From NCBI GenBank assembly GCA_043808785.1, contig JAZDEL010000003.1:51237-83236 (forward strand): 32,000 nucleotides of DNA, in the 5' to 3' direction. Position numbers and translations under genes: made by a program. Shown here piece after piece: positions 22,057 through 29,943 of this stretch. The notes beneath the pieces are model-generated. The model was not told the origin of the DNA and ran no database searches. It worked only from the letters and a program-made list of their open reading frames with translations. Within the stretch, counting starts at the first letter, position 1. Every line of letters starts with the position of its first letter. This stretch comes from Candidatus Iainarchaeum sp. (GTDB taxonomy: Archaea; Iainarchaeota; Iainarchaeia; Iainarchaeales; JAZDEL01).

Positions 22057-25000
22057 CTACTTCCTCGCCTGGATGTAGAGAATCATCCCGACAAGGATTA
22101 TTATGATCACAACAAGCCCGAGCACAACCGCATTCTCGGATAGCATTGCAAGCCCGGTTGCTATGAAGTCCTGCTGTGCAGGCTCCTCAATCGTGAGCGT
22201 GAGCGCCCTCTCGAGGTGCTTTCCCCCACCCTCCACAATCATTTTCCCAGTGAACGTGCCAGTTCCCTTGGGCTTGACGCTTGCGGACAGCGAAACACTG
22301 TCTCCCGCGGCAATGGTCTTGGTGCCGCCCGTTATTTCCCAATCCTCGGGGAAACCTTCAAGCGAGAACTTAACCTCGACGCTGCCTGCAGACTCGTTTG
22401 TAACCGTAACCGCGACATTTCCGCTGTCGCCTATGCTCATGCTTGTGGGGAAACTGCCAACGCTTATTTCAGTGGCTTCCTCCTCGTTGCCCTCCCCAGC
22501 ACCCTGCCCGCTGTTGAATGTTATCTTGGTTGTCCTGTTGCCTATATTGCACCCTGAAATTTCCGTGCTGTAAATAACATATGCAACATCGCGGTCGGAA
22601 GTTATGTCAATGCTCTTCGTGGTTGTGCTGTTCCTCCCCACAGTGAAAGAATCCTGGCTTATTGTGAGCCCCGCCCCCGAAAGCGTTATCTCAGCTCCCT
22701 TATCCAGCGGGTTTGTCACAGTGAACTGTATTGTGCCCGAGTTTCCGCTGAACGCGACCTCGTTGGGTACGGTGAGCGTGAAATCCGTGCAATCGTTGCC
22801 TGTTCCGCTGCCGTTATCGCTGCCGCCGTTATCGTAGCGGTCCTTTACCTTAACGCCGAAGTCCTCGTAGAGGCCGCTGAAGTAGCAGTAATCCCCGTTG
22901 GAGAGCCTGCCGCTTACCTTGAGCCTTGCCTTCCCCGTGCTTGTCGAGGAAACGCCGCTTCCGAAGAACTTAACCCTTATCTCCTTCCTGTTTCCGCTGT
23001 AAATGTAATCCCCGCCGTAATCATCAACGCTCGGGTAAATATTCGCGCTGAAGGAGCCGTAGAGCTTCGCTATTTCAACATCACTTATCGTGAACCTGCT
23101 GCCAGAGTTGTTCCTCACATAGAAGCTTTCAATCGTGCTCCCGTCCTCGTAAACCTCGACTGTGTGAGTGTCAAGGTAAATGTTGTGGCAGTTCGCGCTT
23201 TCCGAGCTTGTGCCCGTGTTCATTACCTTTATGCTCGTGCTCTCGTAAATATCCCGGTAATTGCAGTATGCGTTGCCGCTGAAGTGCCCCCTTGCCCTGA
23301 GCGTGAGCGTGCCCCAGGTTGTCGAGGAAACGCTGTCCGCGTCTATTTCAACCTCGACCGTGATGTAATCGCCGTCATAGATTGTCCTGCCGGAATAATC
23401 CGAAGAATCCAAAACCCTTGCATCAAACTTAGAGCCGCTTGTTTCGTAGGCCTCAACGCCCTCAAGGTAGAATGTCCTGCCCGAGTTGTTCCCGAGGCGG
23501 TAAGTGAATGTGTCGGTTGTGCCTTCCTTGATTTCCTTTGTGCCCGTAACCCACTCTATCTGGTTGCACTCGCTGTTTGAATAATCATAATAATACTCAT
23601 CATTTACCGTGAGAGTGAAACTCTCCGTGCCTATGTCGCCGTAATTGCAGCCCTTTCCGCTTTCCGTGAAATAGCCCGCAACCCTGACGTTAACAGTCCC
23701 TGATTCTGTTCCGCTTACGTTGTAAGTGTCCACGTTTACGTTGAAATATCCCGTTTCCCCGGCGCCTATGTACGTGTCGTACCCGCCCGCCGTAGCGTTA
23801 AAGTACGGGTTGCTTTCCGTAACCTCAATCCCCCTGACCCCGAACCCTTCGCCGCTGTTGTTCTTTATATAGAACTGCAGGGTTTCGTTGTCCCTGCTTT
23901 CCTCAAGTGTCCTGCCCCCTACCTGAATATCTATGTTGCCGCACTGCGGGTAGTCAGGATAGCTGGCTGTGTCATAGACGGTAACATAAAAGTACTTTGC
24001 GGGGATGCTGCCCGTGCAGTTTCCGCTGACATTAACCTTTGCGCGGCCTTTGCTTGTGCCGCTTACGGAATCTCCGCTTACCGTGACGTCAAACGATTTT
24101 GTGCTGCCTGCCGGCACGCTAAGCGTGCTGCCGTAGCCGGAGACCGAGAAGCTGCCGTACTCCCTCGAAACGCTTATGCCGGCATTGAACGCCTTGCTGC
24201 CGCTGTTGGTTATGCTGAACGTGCGCGACTGCGTGCTGCCCTCGTTTATGTAAAAATCCTGAGTCGAGACGCTTATGTCCCCGCAGCCGAGGTATGCCGG
24301 AGGCGCGCCCTTGTCCTTGGCCGTAACGCTGAATTTCGCGTATCCTATGTCCCTGTAATCGCAGATTACTCCCGCGCCGTCGAAGCGGCCCTTAACCATG
24401 GCATAGCTGTGGATTATGGTCTCGTTGTCCACATTGCCCGCGGTAACGTAAAAATCAACCGTTGTGTATCCGCCGTTTGCCGCAACCCTCTTGTTTGCCG
24501 CTGTCTTGTTGGTAAAACTGAGCGGTATAGTGCTGTCGTAATCGTATGCGTACGCATCCTCAATTATGAAATCATAGCCGTTGTTGTTCCTGATGCCGAA
24601 GTACACAGTCCTGCTCGTGCCCTCGTCCATTGAAAAGTCCCCGGGCGTGAGGCTTATGTCCGAGCATTTGGGCGTTGCGGGCTTCTGCTGCCCCTGCGCG
24701 ACATTTGCCGTCAGTATCTTGTATTCGCTGCCGTAACTTACCTGGTTCGCAAACTTAAGGTATATAAAATCCGTGTAATACCCGAATTCCGAGCTTGCCG
24801 CACCGGGCAGGTCGATATTGAACTCCTGGCAACCGTTCACCTTAATGCTCGCGGAAGCCTCCCTGTAGCCGAAATCCTTTTTGGTTCCGTCGGGCCTTAC
24901 GCCGTAGCTCTGCAGTTTTCCGTAAACCGTTTCGTAAAGGTTAGGGGTGCTGCCGTCGGAATCGACGCATACCCTCATTTCAATCGCTGCATAATCGCCG

Positions 25001-25188
25001 TCGCGGAAGGTTACTATGCTGCCTTTCTCGCCCGTGCTCTTGTTCACGAATTTCGCGTCATCGAGCCTTATGCTCAGCCCGCTCGCGGCGTTGGCAATGC
25101 CTGTAAAAACCAGAAGCGCCAGCGCAATAATCCCGAATGCAAAGAGTTTGTTGTTCACGTTATCACTCACAAGTGGTAATATTTTCAC
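22057..25188 (-). CDS. Large anchored surface protein (1043 aa) with six Cys-starting tandem beta-sandwich-like repeats (five of the full NNSG type) plus a CARDB-like domain and a C-terminal TM anchor
   Basis: The hydrophobic signal is NNKLFAFGIIALALLVFTGIANA. Repeats start at C175, C302, C416, C541, C667 and C800. The C-terminus is ATGLAMLSENAVVLGLVVIIIILVGMILYIQARK. There is no ATG at the 5' end. Candidate starts are GTG 25188 (TATA-proximal), 25170 or 25158. Confidence 0.8.
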   Translation of the reverse strand: MKILPLVSDNVNNKLFAFGIIALALLVFTGIANAASGLSIRLDDAKFVNKSTGEKGSIVTFRDGDYAAIEMRVCVDSDGSTPNLYETVYGKLQSYGVRPDGTKKDFGYREASASIKVNGCQEFNIDLPGAASSEFGYYTDFIYLKFANQVSYGSEYKILTANVAQGQQKPATPKCSDISLTPGDFSMDEGTSRTVYFGIRNNNGYDFIIEDAYAYDYDSTIPLSFTNKTAANKRVAANGGYTTVDFYVTAGNVDNETIIHSYAMVKGRFDGAGVICDYRDIGYAKFSVTAKDKGAPPAYLGCGDISVSTQDFYINEGSTQSRTFSITNSGSKAFNAGISVSREYGSFSVSGYGSTLSVPAGSTKSFDVTVSGDSVSGTSKGRAKVNVSGNCTGSIPAKYFYVTVYDTASYPDYPQCGNIDIQVGGRTLEESRDNETLQFYIKNNSGEGFGVRGIEVTESNPYFNATAGGYDTYIGAGETGYFNVNVDTYNVSGTESGTVNVRVAGYFTESGKGCNYGDIGTESFTLTVNDEYYYDYSNSECNQIEWVTGTKEIKEGTTDTFTYRLGNNSGRTFYLEGVEAYETSGSKFDARVLDSSDYSGRTIYDGDYITVEVEIDADSVSSTTWGTLTLRARGHFSGNAYCNYRDIYESTSIKVMNTGTSSESANCHNIYLDTHTVEVYEDGSTIESFYVRNNSGSRFTISDVEIAKLYGSFSANIYPSVDDYGGDYIYSGNRKEIRVKFFGSGVSSTSTGKARLKVSGRLSNGDYCYFSGLYEDFGVKVKDRYDNGGSDNGSGTGNDCTDFTLTVPNEVAFSGNSGTIQFTVTNPLDKGAEITLSGAGLTISQDSFTVGRNSTTTKSIDITSDRDVAYVIYSTEISGCNIGNRTTKITFNSGQGAGEGNEEEATEISVGSFPTSMSIGDSGNVAVTVTNESAGSVEVKFSLEGFPEDWEITGGTKTIAAGDSVSLSASVKPKGTGTFTGKMIVEGGGKHLERALTLTIEEPAQQDFIATGLAMLSENAVVLGLVVIIIILVGMILYIQARK

Positions 25189-25212
25189 TATAACTAATTG
25201 CGCATCCTTTTC

Positions 25213-25220
25213 TTTATAAA
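25213..25220 (-). promoter_or_regulatory. TATA box (TTTATAAA, palindromic) of the 1043-aa surface protein gene
   Basis: It is centred about 28 nt upstream of GTG 25188. Confidence 0.55.
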
Positions 25221-25271
25221 CCTTTCGTTTTGTTGAGTGAAGGAGTTAATTCGTCAAGTGACGGGGTTAAT

Positions 25272-25284
25272 GCGCGTTTGCGCC
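25272..25284. repeat. GC mini-hairpin motif gcgcgtttgcgcc, third exact copy
   Basis: The same 13-mer occurs at 8083-8095 and 13128-13140. Here it lies in the 3' UTR of the DUF457-like gene and is followed by a second ttgcgcc. Related hairpins are cgcgcaaagcgcg at 18616-18628 and roughly 22007-22018 (ccgcgctttgcgg). Confidence 0.75.
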
Positions 25285-25316
25285 ATTGCGCCACGCCATT
25301 GCCCCCGCCAATAATA

Positions 25317-25814
25317 CTATTGTGAGCAGTATGGTTGATTTTTCCGTATCCGCGAAATGTAGGCAAAAACAGCAATGACAAAGCAGATGCTGCAAAAAAG
25401 GTAAATCGCAAGCGGCGAAATTGCGCCATAGAATGGGTTGATTTCCAGAGGGTAAAATGGCTGCATATCAGGATAGAGCGGCGCATCCAGCAGAACATGG
25501 AGGTAAACGCCGAGTAGCGCAGAGGCGCACACCTTCAGCACCGAGGATTCCTGCCCAAGCCTGAAAAACGCCATTATTTGCCTGATTGGTTTCCTCAGCG
25601 CATACATAACCAAGCCCAGGGTCAGCCCCACAACCGTTGCACCTAGGAACGAATGAAAAAATCCGTGCAGAATGAAAGAGCCAGACATCAGGTTGAGAAG
25701 AGGCTCAATGTCAAGAATCACACCTGCAACCAAAAAAGCGGGTAAATCAATAAGCGAAAACAGCAACAGCCCGAACAGCAGGGAGGGGCCGAGGTGGAAG
25801 GGCGTGAGCGGCAT
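25317..25814 (-). CDS. Polytopic membrane protein, DUF457/YdjM-like putative metal-dependent hydrolase
   Basis: 165 aa with about 5 TM segments. Motifs are MPLTPFHLGP at the N-terminus, HGFFHSFLG mid-protein and YLHVLLDAP. These resemble the His/Asp motifs of the YdjM (PF04307-type) family. The assignment is from memory of motifs only. Confidence 0.55.
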   Translation of the reverse strand: MPLTPFHLGPSLLFGLLLFSLIDLPAFLVAGVILDIEPLLNLMSGSFILHGFFHSFLGATVVGLTLGLVMYALRKPIRQIMAFFRLGQESSVLKVCASALLGVYLHVLLDAPLYPDMQPFYPLEINPFYGAISPLAIYLFCSICFVIAVFAYISRIRKNQPYCSQ

Positions 25815-25825
25815 GGCGCACCCGT

Positions 25826-26587
25826 TCAGCTAAGCTCCGATATCAAATTTACTTCAGCAACTTTTGTGGCACCTTGGAACACATCTTTTTTTACCGTTAT
25901 TCTTTTTTCATAATCAATCCAAAAAACTTCTTTTTTAGTGGTTGTGCCATTTTCTATTATTTTATACTCTACTTTGAATGCTTTTCTCCCATTTATTAGA
26001 GGCGTTTCGACAACCTCAAAACGATCTTTATAATAGAACTCTTTGTCGCCAATCTTTGATTCTATAGGCCTCTCCATCTCAAAGTGGTCAGTTAATGAAA
26101 GCATCCACTGCCCAAAGAGAATACTCCCAATCTGCAAGTCAATATCGGCACTTCCACTGCCTTCTGTTATTGTTTTGCCACCCTGTATTCTTTTCAGGAA
26201 ATAGCCAGTTTCAGTATCAAAGTAATATGTTGCCTGACGGCCCTCCGTCCTGGCATCGCCAGTTGGCGTTGTGTATTTAGCCTTGTAGTCCTCAGAGATG
26301 ACATAATACTTCTTGCCCCTTATGCGCTCCATATCTTTAACGACAAACACTCTTGTTCCAGCCCCGCCCCAGCCAGGCATGGTTTCTTTGTATTCAAACT
26401 TATCACCTACTTTAAAAGAAGGCGACACATTCCCGTTTGGCGGCAAAACCTTAGTTGTTTCGAACTTAACTCCATTGCCACCTGATGGCGCATAATTTTC
26501 CACGTCTGCGCATCCGCTGATAAGTAACATTAAAGCTAAGAGAAAGCCTGCCAAGGTAGATTTCCCAGAAAGCATAGGACAACCCAT
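25826..26587 (-). CDS. Putative lipoprotein (253 aa), low-GC gene
   Basis: The N-terminus MGCPMLSGKSTLAGFLLALMLLISGCADVEN contains a lipobox-like ISGC. The rest has beta-rich composition. Hand-sampled GC is about 33-42 percent, against about 58 percent in the r-protein region. No family recognised. Confidence 0.7.
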   Translation of the reverse strand: MGCPMLSGKSTLAGFLLALMLLISGCADVENYAPSGGNGVKFETTKVLPPNGNVSPSFKVGDKFEYKETMPGWGGAGTRVFVVKDMERIRGKKYYVISEDYKAKYTTPTGDARTEGRQATYYFDTETGYFLKRIQGGKTITEGSGSADIDLQIGSILFGQWMLSLTDHFEMERPIESKIGDKEFYYKDRFEVVETPLINGRKAFKVEYKIIENGTTTKKEVFWIDYEKRITVKKDVFQGATKVAEVNLISELS

Positions 26588-26611
26588 ACATATTACGAAA
26601 AAAATTTAATA

Positions 26612-29600
26612 TTAACAGTCAGATAAGTGCCACTGTGCGACATTTATGGGCCAGTAGCCTTTGCCTATCATGTAATCTGTTGGCTCACTGTCTGGTTCTG
26701 GCCCTTCGGTGTCTATCGAACCGTCTGCCGAGGTATACCATCCTTGCCAGCGATACCCTTTTTCTATTGGTTTGCCAAAATCGCTCCCATAGTGTGGCAT
26801 GTAGGAATACTCAAATGGAACGACATGGTAACCTTTATTCTCAAAATATGCTTCCGCTTGCGAGAGAGTTGAAAATGTCTTTGTATTATCTACCGAACTG
26901 TCTTTGTTTTCGCACCCCCACAGCCCGGCATAATAGCACAGGCCGATGCACGGGTTTGGCATATCGGGGCCTACGCCGCCATTATCGCCGCCTGTAGGTT
27001 CGACATAAAGCTTTGCTGTTGCGCTTTCCGATTTTGAACCGCTTGTCACATTCAGATAAACCGTTATGTTTCTCTGGCTTGAACTATCGTTAGTGCATGT
27101 GACACGATATTCATCGCCATAGTCGTTAGTTTCGCAGTCGCTATATGCGGAGAGGCTCCAGCCGTAGTCATACTGCCCAGATCCACCATATGCATACGCA
27201 GTAAATGTCTGGCTCTCGCCCGACCAAACAATAGCGCTTTCCGGCTCTATTGAAACGCTCAAATCCTGCCCGCTATTGCCTGGCTCGACATAAAGCTTTG
27301 CGCTTGCACTTCCCGATTTTGAGCCGCTTGTAACATTCAGGTAAATTGTCCTGTTCATTGTGCTTGAGCTTTCATTTGTGCACGTGACACGGAACTCACG
27401 GTCGTAGTCGTCTTTTTGGCAGTTATCATACGAGGACAGGCGCCAGTCATAGGAGTATCCGCCGTCGCCACCTGAAACATTCGCATAGAACTTTTGCTCT
27501 TCGCCCGATTCGACTGTGGCGCTCCCGGGCTCAATCGAAACATCTAATTCACCTGTGCTCCCGCCCTCAATCGTAAAAGTGCCGCTTTCGGCTGAAGAAC
27601 ACTGCCCGTCATCGTCGCAAACGAATGCATAATAGTTCTTAGTTCCAGAGTCGCCCGAAGAAGTTCCATAATCGCAATAACTTGGGCTGTAGCTTGAATA
27701 GCCGTCTGCGCTGCACCACGTGCCGCCCGAGCAGCCGCCGCTATCGTGGGAACTGGTTTTGCATATAAACATTTTTGTCCTGTCGTTGCCAGGCAGCGAT
27801 GCATTGATATCCTGCGCAACTTGTGCAACAGGCGCAGCAACCGCCCCGACAAACTCGCGTACAAGCGGCAGTCCTATAACCACATTCCCTATTGCCTGCA
27901 CTACGTTGCCTGCGGGGGCGGGCTGAACTGCCGAATATTCAGGGTCGGACCAGTGAACCTCGAAGTTCACGGAATCGCCGGGCTCGACAGGGTTTGGGTA
28001 AACATTGACATATTCAATATAAGGCTCGTTGTTACCGCCGCCCTCGTTTTGTACATACACCGTGAACTGCCTCTCACCGATATCGCCGTATGAGCAGTAC
28101 TTTCCGCCATCGAAGCGCCCGCTCACTTTCACATACGCCGTTCCGCTCTCGTCACGATCGACAGAGTATGCCTCAACCCTAACCTCATAATTGCCGCTTC
28201 CATGTGAATTTATGCTCCCGTCATAGGAGCCTGTTCCGTTCGCTCCAAAGTAATTTCCGCCGCTTACCACTCCAACATCCACATTCTCGACATAAAACCT
28301 CTCGCCCGAATTGTTCCCGTAACTGAACTGGCGGTATTTTGTTTCGCCCTCGTTCAAGGTTACGTCATCAGCATTTATGTAAATGTCACCGCATCGCGGC
28401 TCTCCGGTGGAATTGCCGTCAACATAAATAGCCCTTGTTGTCTGGTCAGTCAGGCCGCCGCTGTCCATTACCGAGAGCCTTATTGTTTTGTTGCCGCCTG
28501 TGGAATAATAGTGTGCTTCGGCCTTATATTGCACATATTCAGTGTCCCAATAGCCATCGTCCTCCCAATCCCACCTTACTTGAAGTTGGTCGGCTGTATC
28601 TTCCGCATCATAAGAATTATTGGCATAAACCTCAAATCTCGTGCTTGTGTTTCCGGATGTCGGGTTAACGTCGAAAACCGCGTGAGGCTGCGTGTTTCCG
28701 CCGCTCCCGCCGGCAGCCACATATATTTTTGAAGTGTCTCTTGCAGTTCTCATGGGACCTTCAATCTCAGTTAGCCTGAATGTAATATCTAAAGCTAACT
28801 GATTTGAGGTCGGGTTGGTGCAAGTGAGGGTACAGCCTCTCAAGTCCGTGCAGAATTCAGCAGTGCAATAGTCATATGGCATAGTCCAATGTGGGGCGGC
28901 AAAAACCCCATCTATGGTTCCGGAAACTACGGCAAAAAAGTCCTGGCTCCCGCCAGATTCAATAAAAGTCTCTTCGGGGAAAAGCTGGACTGTTAATTCG
29001 CCGCTACCGCCCTGAACATTGATGCTTGCATCATCTATTGAGTAAAAATCTAATGTCCCTTGTTTTGCAACTCCTGCTGCAAAAACATACTGCCCGTTGG
29101 TGATTGGCGGGTGGTTGCTTGGGATCTCAAAAATCATGCCCACCGTGCCTTCGTCGTAAGGGGGAATGTACAAATTTGCAGGCAGAGTTGTGCGGATGTA
29201 CTGGGGCGTATTTGTCCAACTAGGGTAGAAATAGAGGTCTTGCTCTGGCGAAAGCATTACTAGATAAAAATCAACTGGCCTCTCAGCTTCTGGATTTGTG
29301 AGTCCTATAAAGAGTCCAATCAATTCGTTTTGTTTATATGTGCCGCTATTTGTTGTAACTGTTACTGTCGGTCCCGCACGGGCAGGCAATTTCCGCATGT
29401 CCTTAAGCGTTATTGTTTTGTTGCTTGTCTTTACCTCGCCAGATAGCAAGTTATATGTGGTTTGCCCGCTGGCGGTCTTGGTCGTGGGTGGCATTACGGT
29501 TTCGATGTCCCGTGTAATTGCCCTTACAGTTCCTCCATCAGCCATCGGCGTGTATATCGCCACCGCACCTGTTCCTGTGATGTTCGTTGTAGCCTTGTTA

Positions 29601-29860
29601 TCTTTTACGGGTTCGGGCACTTTTATCGGCTCATAAATTTTACTGGGGGCATTCACTTCCACAACCGCAGCCTTTGCAACCGCCGGTTGCGCCACCAATG
29701 CGCGGGGCTCGCTGTCGGCCACTGCCGGGACCTTATGCAGTGTTAGCTGCAGTGCGCCTGGTGCGGCGACAGCAAAAGAGAATGCCAGAAATGAAAGCAA
29801 AAAAAGTACGGAAAAAAGCGGCAATAAATGCCTCTTTCCTGCAGGCAAGGAAGCGCGCAT
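26612..29860 (-). CDS. Large secreted multidomain protein (1082 aa) with no C-terminal TM
   Basis: Domain order: signal peptide, unknown N-terminal region, Ig-like domain, PKD-like domain, one Cys-bracketed domain, Cys-rich module, two tandem Ig-like repeats, unknown C-terminal domain. The signal is MRASLPAGKRHLLPLFSVLFLLSFLAFSFAVAAPGA. The PKD-like segment is AVFDVNPTSGNTSTRFEVYANNSYDAEDTADQLQVRWDWEDDGYWDT...IRLSVMDSGG. The Cys-bracketed domain spans C490 to C589. Confidence 0.8.
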   Translation of the reverse strand: MRASLPAGKRHLLPLFSVLFLLSFLAFSFAVAAPGALQLTLHKVPAVADSEPRALVAQPAVAKAAVVEVNAPSKIYEPIKVPEPVKDNKATTNITGTGAVAIYTPMADGGTVRAITRDIETVMPPTTKTASGQTTYNLLSGEVKTSNKTITLKDMRKLPARAGPTVTVTTNSGTYKQNELIGLFIGLTNPEAERPVDFYLVMLSPEQDLYFYPSWTNTPQYIRTTLPANLYIPPYDEGTVGMIFEIPSNHPPITNGQYVFAAGVAKQGTLDFYSIDDASINVQGGSGELTVQLFPEETFIESGGSQDFFAVVSGTIDGVFAAPHWTMPYDYCTAEFCTDLRGCTLTCTNPTSNQLALDITFRLTEIEGPMRTARDTSKIYVAAGGSGGNTQPHAVFDVNPTSGNTSTRFEVYANNSYDAEDTADQLQVRWDWEDDGYWDTEYVQYKAEAHYYSTGGNKTIRLSVMDSGGLTDQTTRAIYVDGNSTGEPRCGDIYINADDVTLNEGETKYRQFSYGNNSGERFYVENVDVGVVSGGNYFGANGTGSYDGSINSHGSGNYEVRVEAYSVDRDESGTAYVKVSGRFDGGKYCSYGDIGERQFTVYVQNEGGGNNEPYIEYVNVYPNPVEPGDSVNFEVHWSDPEYSAVQPAPAGNVVQAIGNVVIGLPLVREFVGAVAAPVAQVAQDINASLPGNDRTKMFICKTSSHDSGGCSGGTWCSADGYSSYSPSYCDYGTSSGDSGTKNYYAFVCDDDGQCSSAESGTFTIEGGSTGELDVSIEPGSATVESGEEQKFYANVSGGDGGYSYDWRLSSYDNCQKDDYDREFRVTCTNESSSTMNRTIYLNVTSGSKSGSASAKLYVEPGNSGQDLSVSIEPESAIVWSGESQTFTAYAYGGSGQYDYGWSLSAYSDCETNDYGDEYRVTCTNDSSSQRNITVYLNVTSGSKSESATAKLYVEPTGGDNGGVGPDMPNPCIGLCYYAGLWGCENKDSSVDNTKTFSTLSQAEAYFENKGYHVVPFEYSYMPHYGSDFGKPIEKGYRWQGWYTSADGSIDTEGPEPDSEPTDYMIGKGYWPINVAQWHLSDC
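26993..27553 (-). repeat. Tandem duplication (2 x 285 nt) encoding two Ig-like domains
   Basis: aa 770-861 and aa 865-956 of the 1082-aa protein align at roughly 60 percent identity (LxVSIEPxSAxVxSGExQxF...YRVTCTNxSSS...YLNVTSGSKSxSAxAKLYVEP). Long near-identical DNA runs occur around 27000 and 27288. Confidence 0.85.
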
Positions 29861-29880
29861 ATAGGACTTTCTCCATCAAC

Positions 29881-29890
29881 TATTTTTATT
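29881..29890 (-). promoter_or_regulatory. TATA-like box (AATAAAAATA) of the 1082-aa secreted protein gene
   Basis: It is centred about 25 nt upstream of ATG 29860 and lies immediately after the rtcB terminator. Confidence 0.45.
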
Positions 29891-29900
29891 GGTTTGGTTG

Positions 29901-29924
29901 AAAAAAGTTCAACCATTTGGTTGA
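29901..29924 (-). terminator. rtcB terminator: hairpin TCAACC-AAAT-GGTTGA followed by T6
   Basis: The minus strand reads TCAACCAAATGGTTGA AC TTTTTT. The GGTTGA arm can alternatively pair with a downstream TCAACC (29896-29914). Confidence 0.55.
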
Positions 29925-29943
29925 TTTTCATATTCGCTATTTT

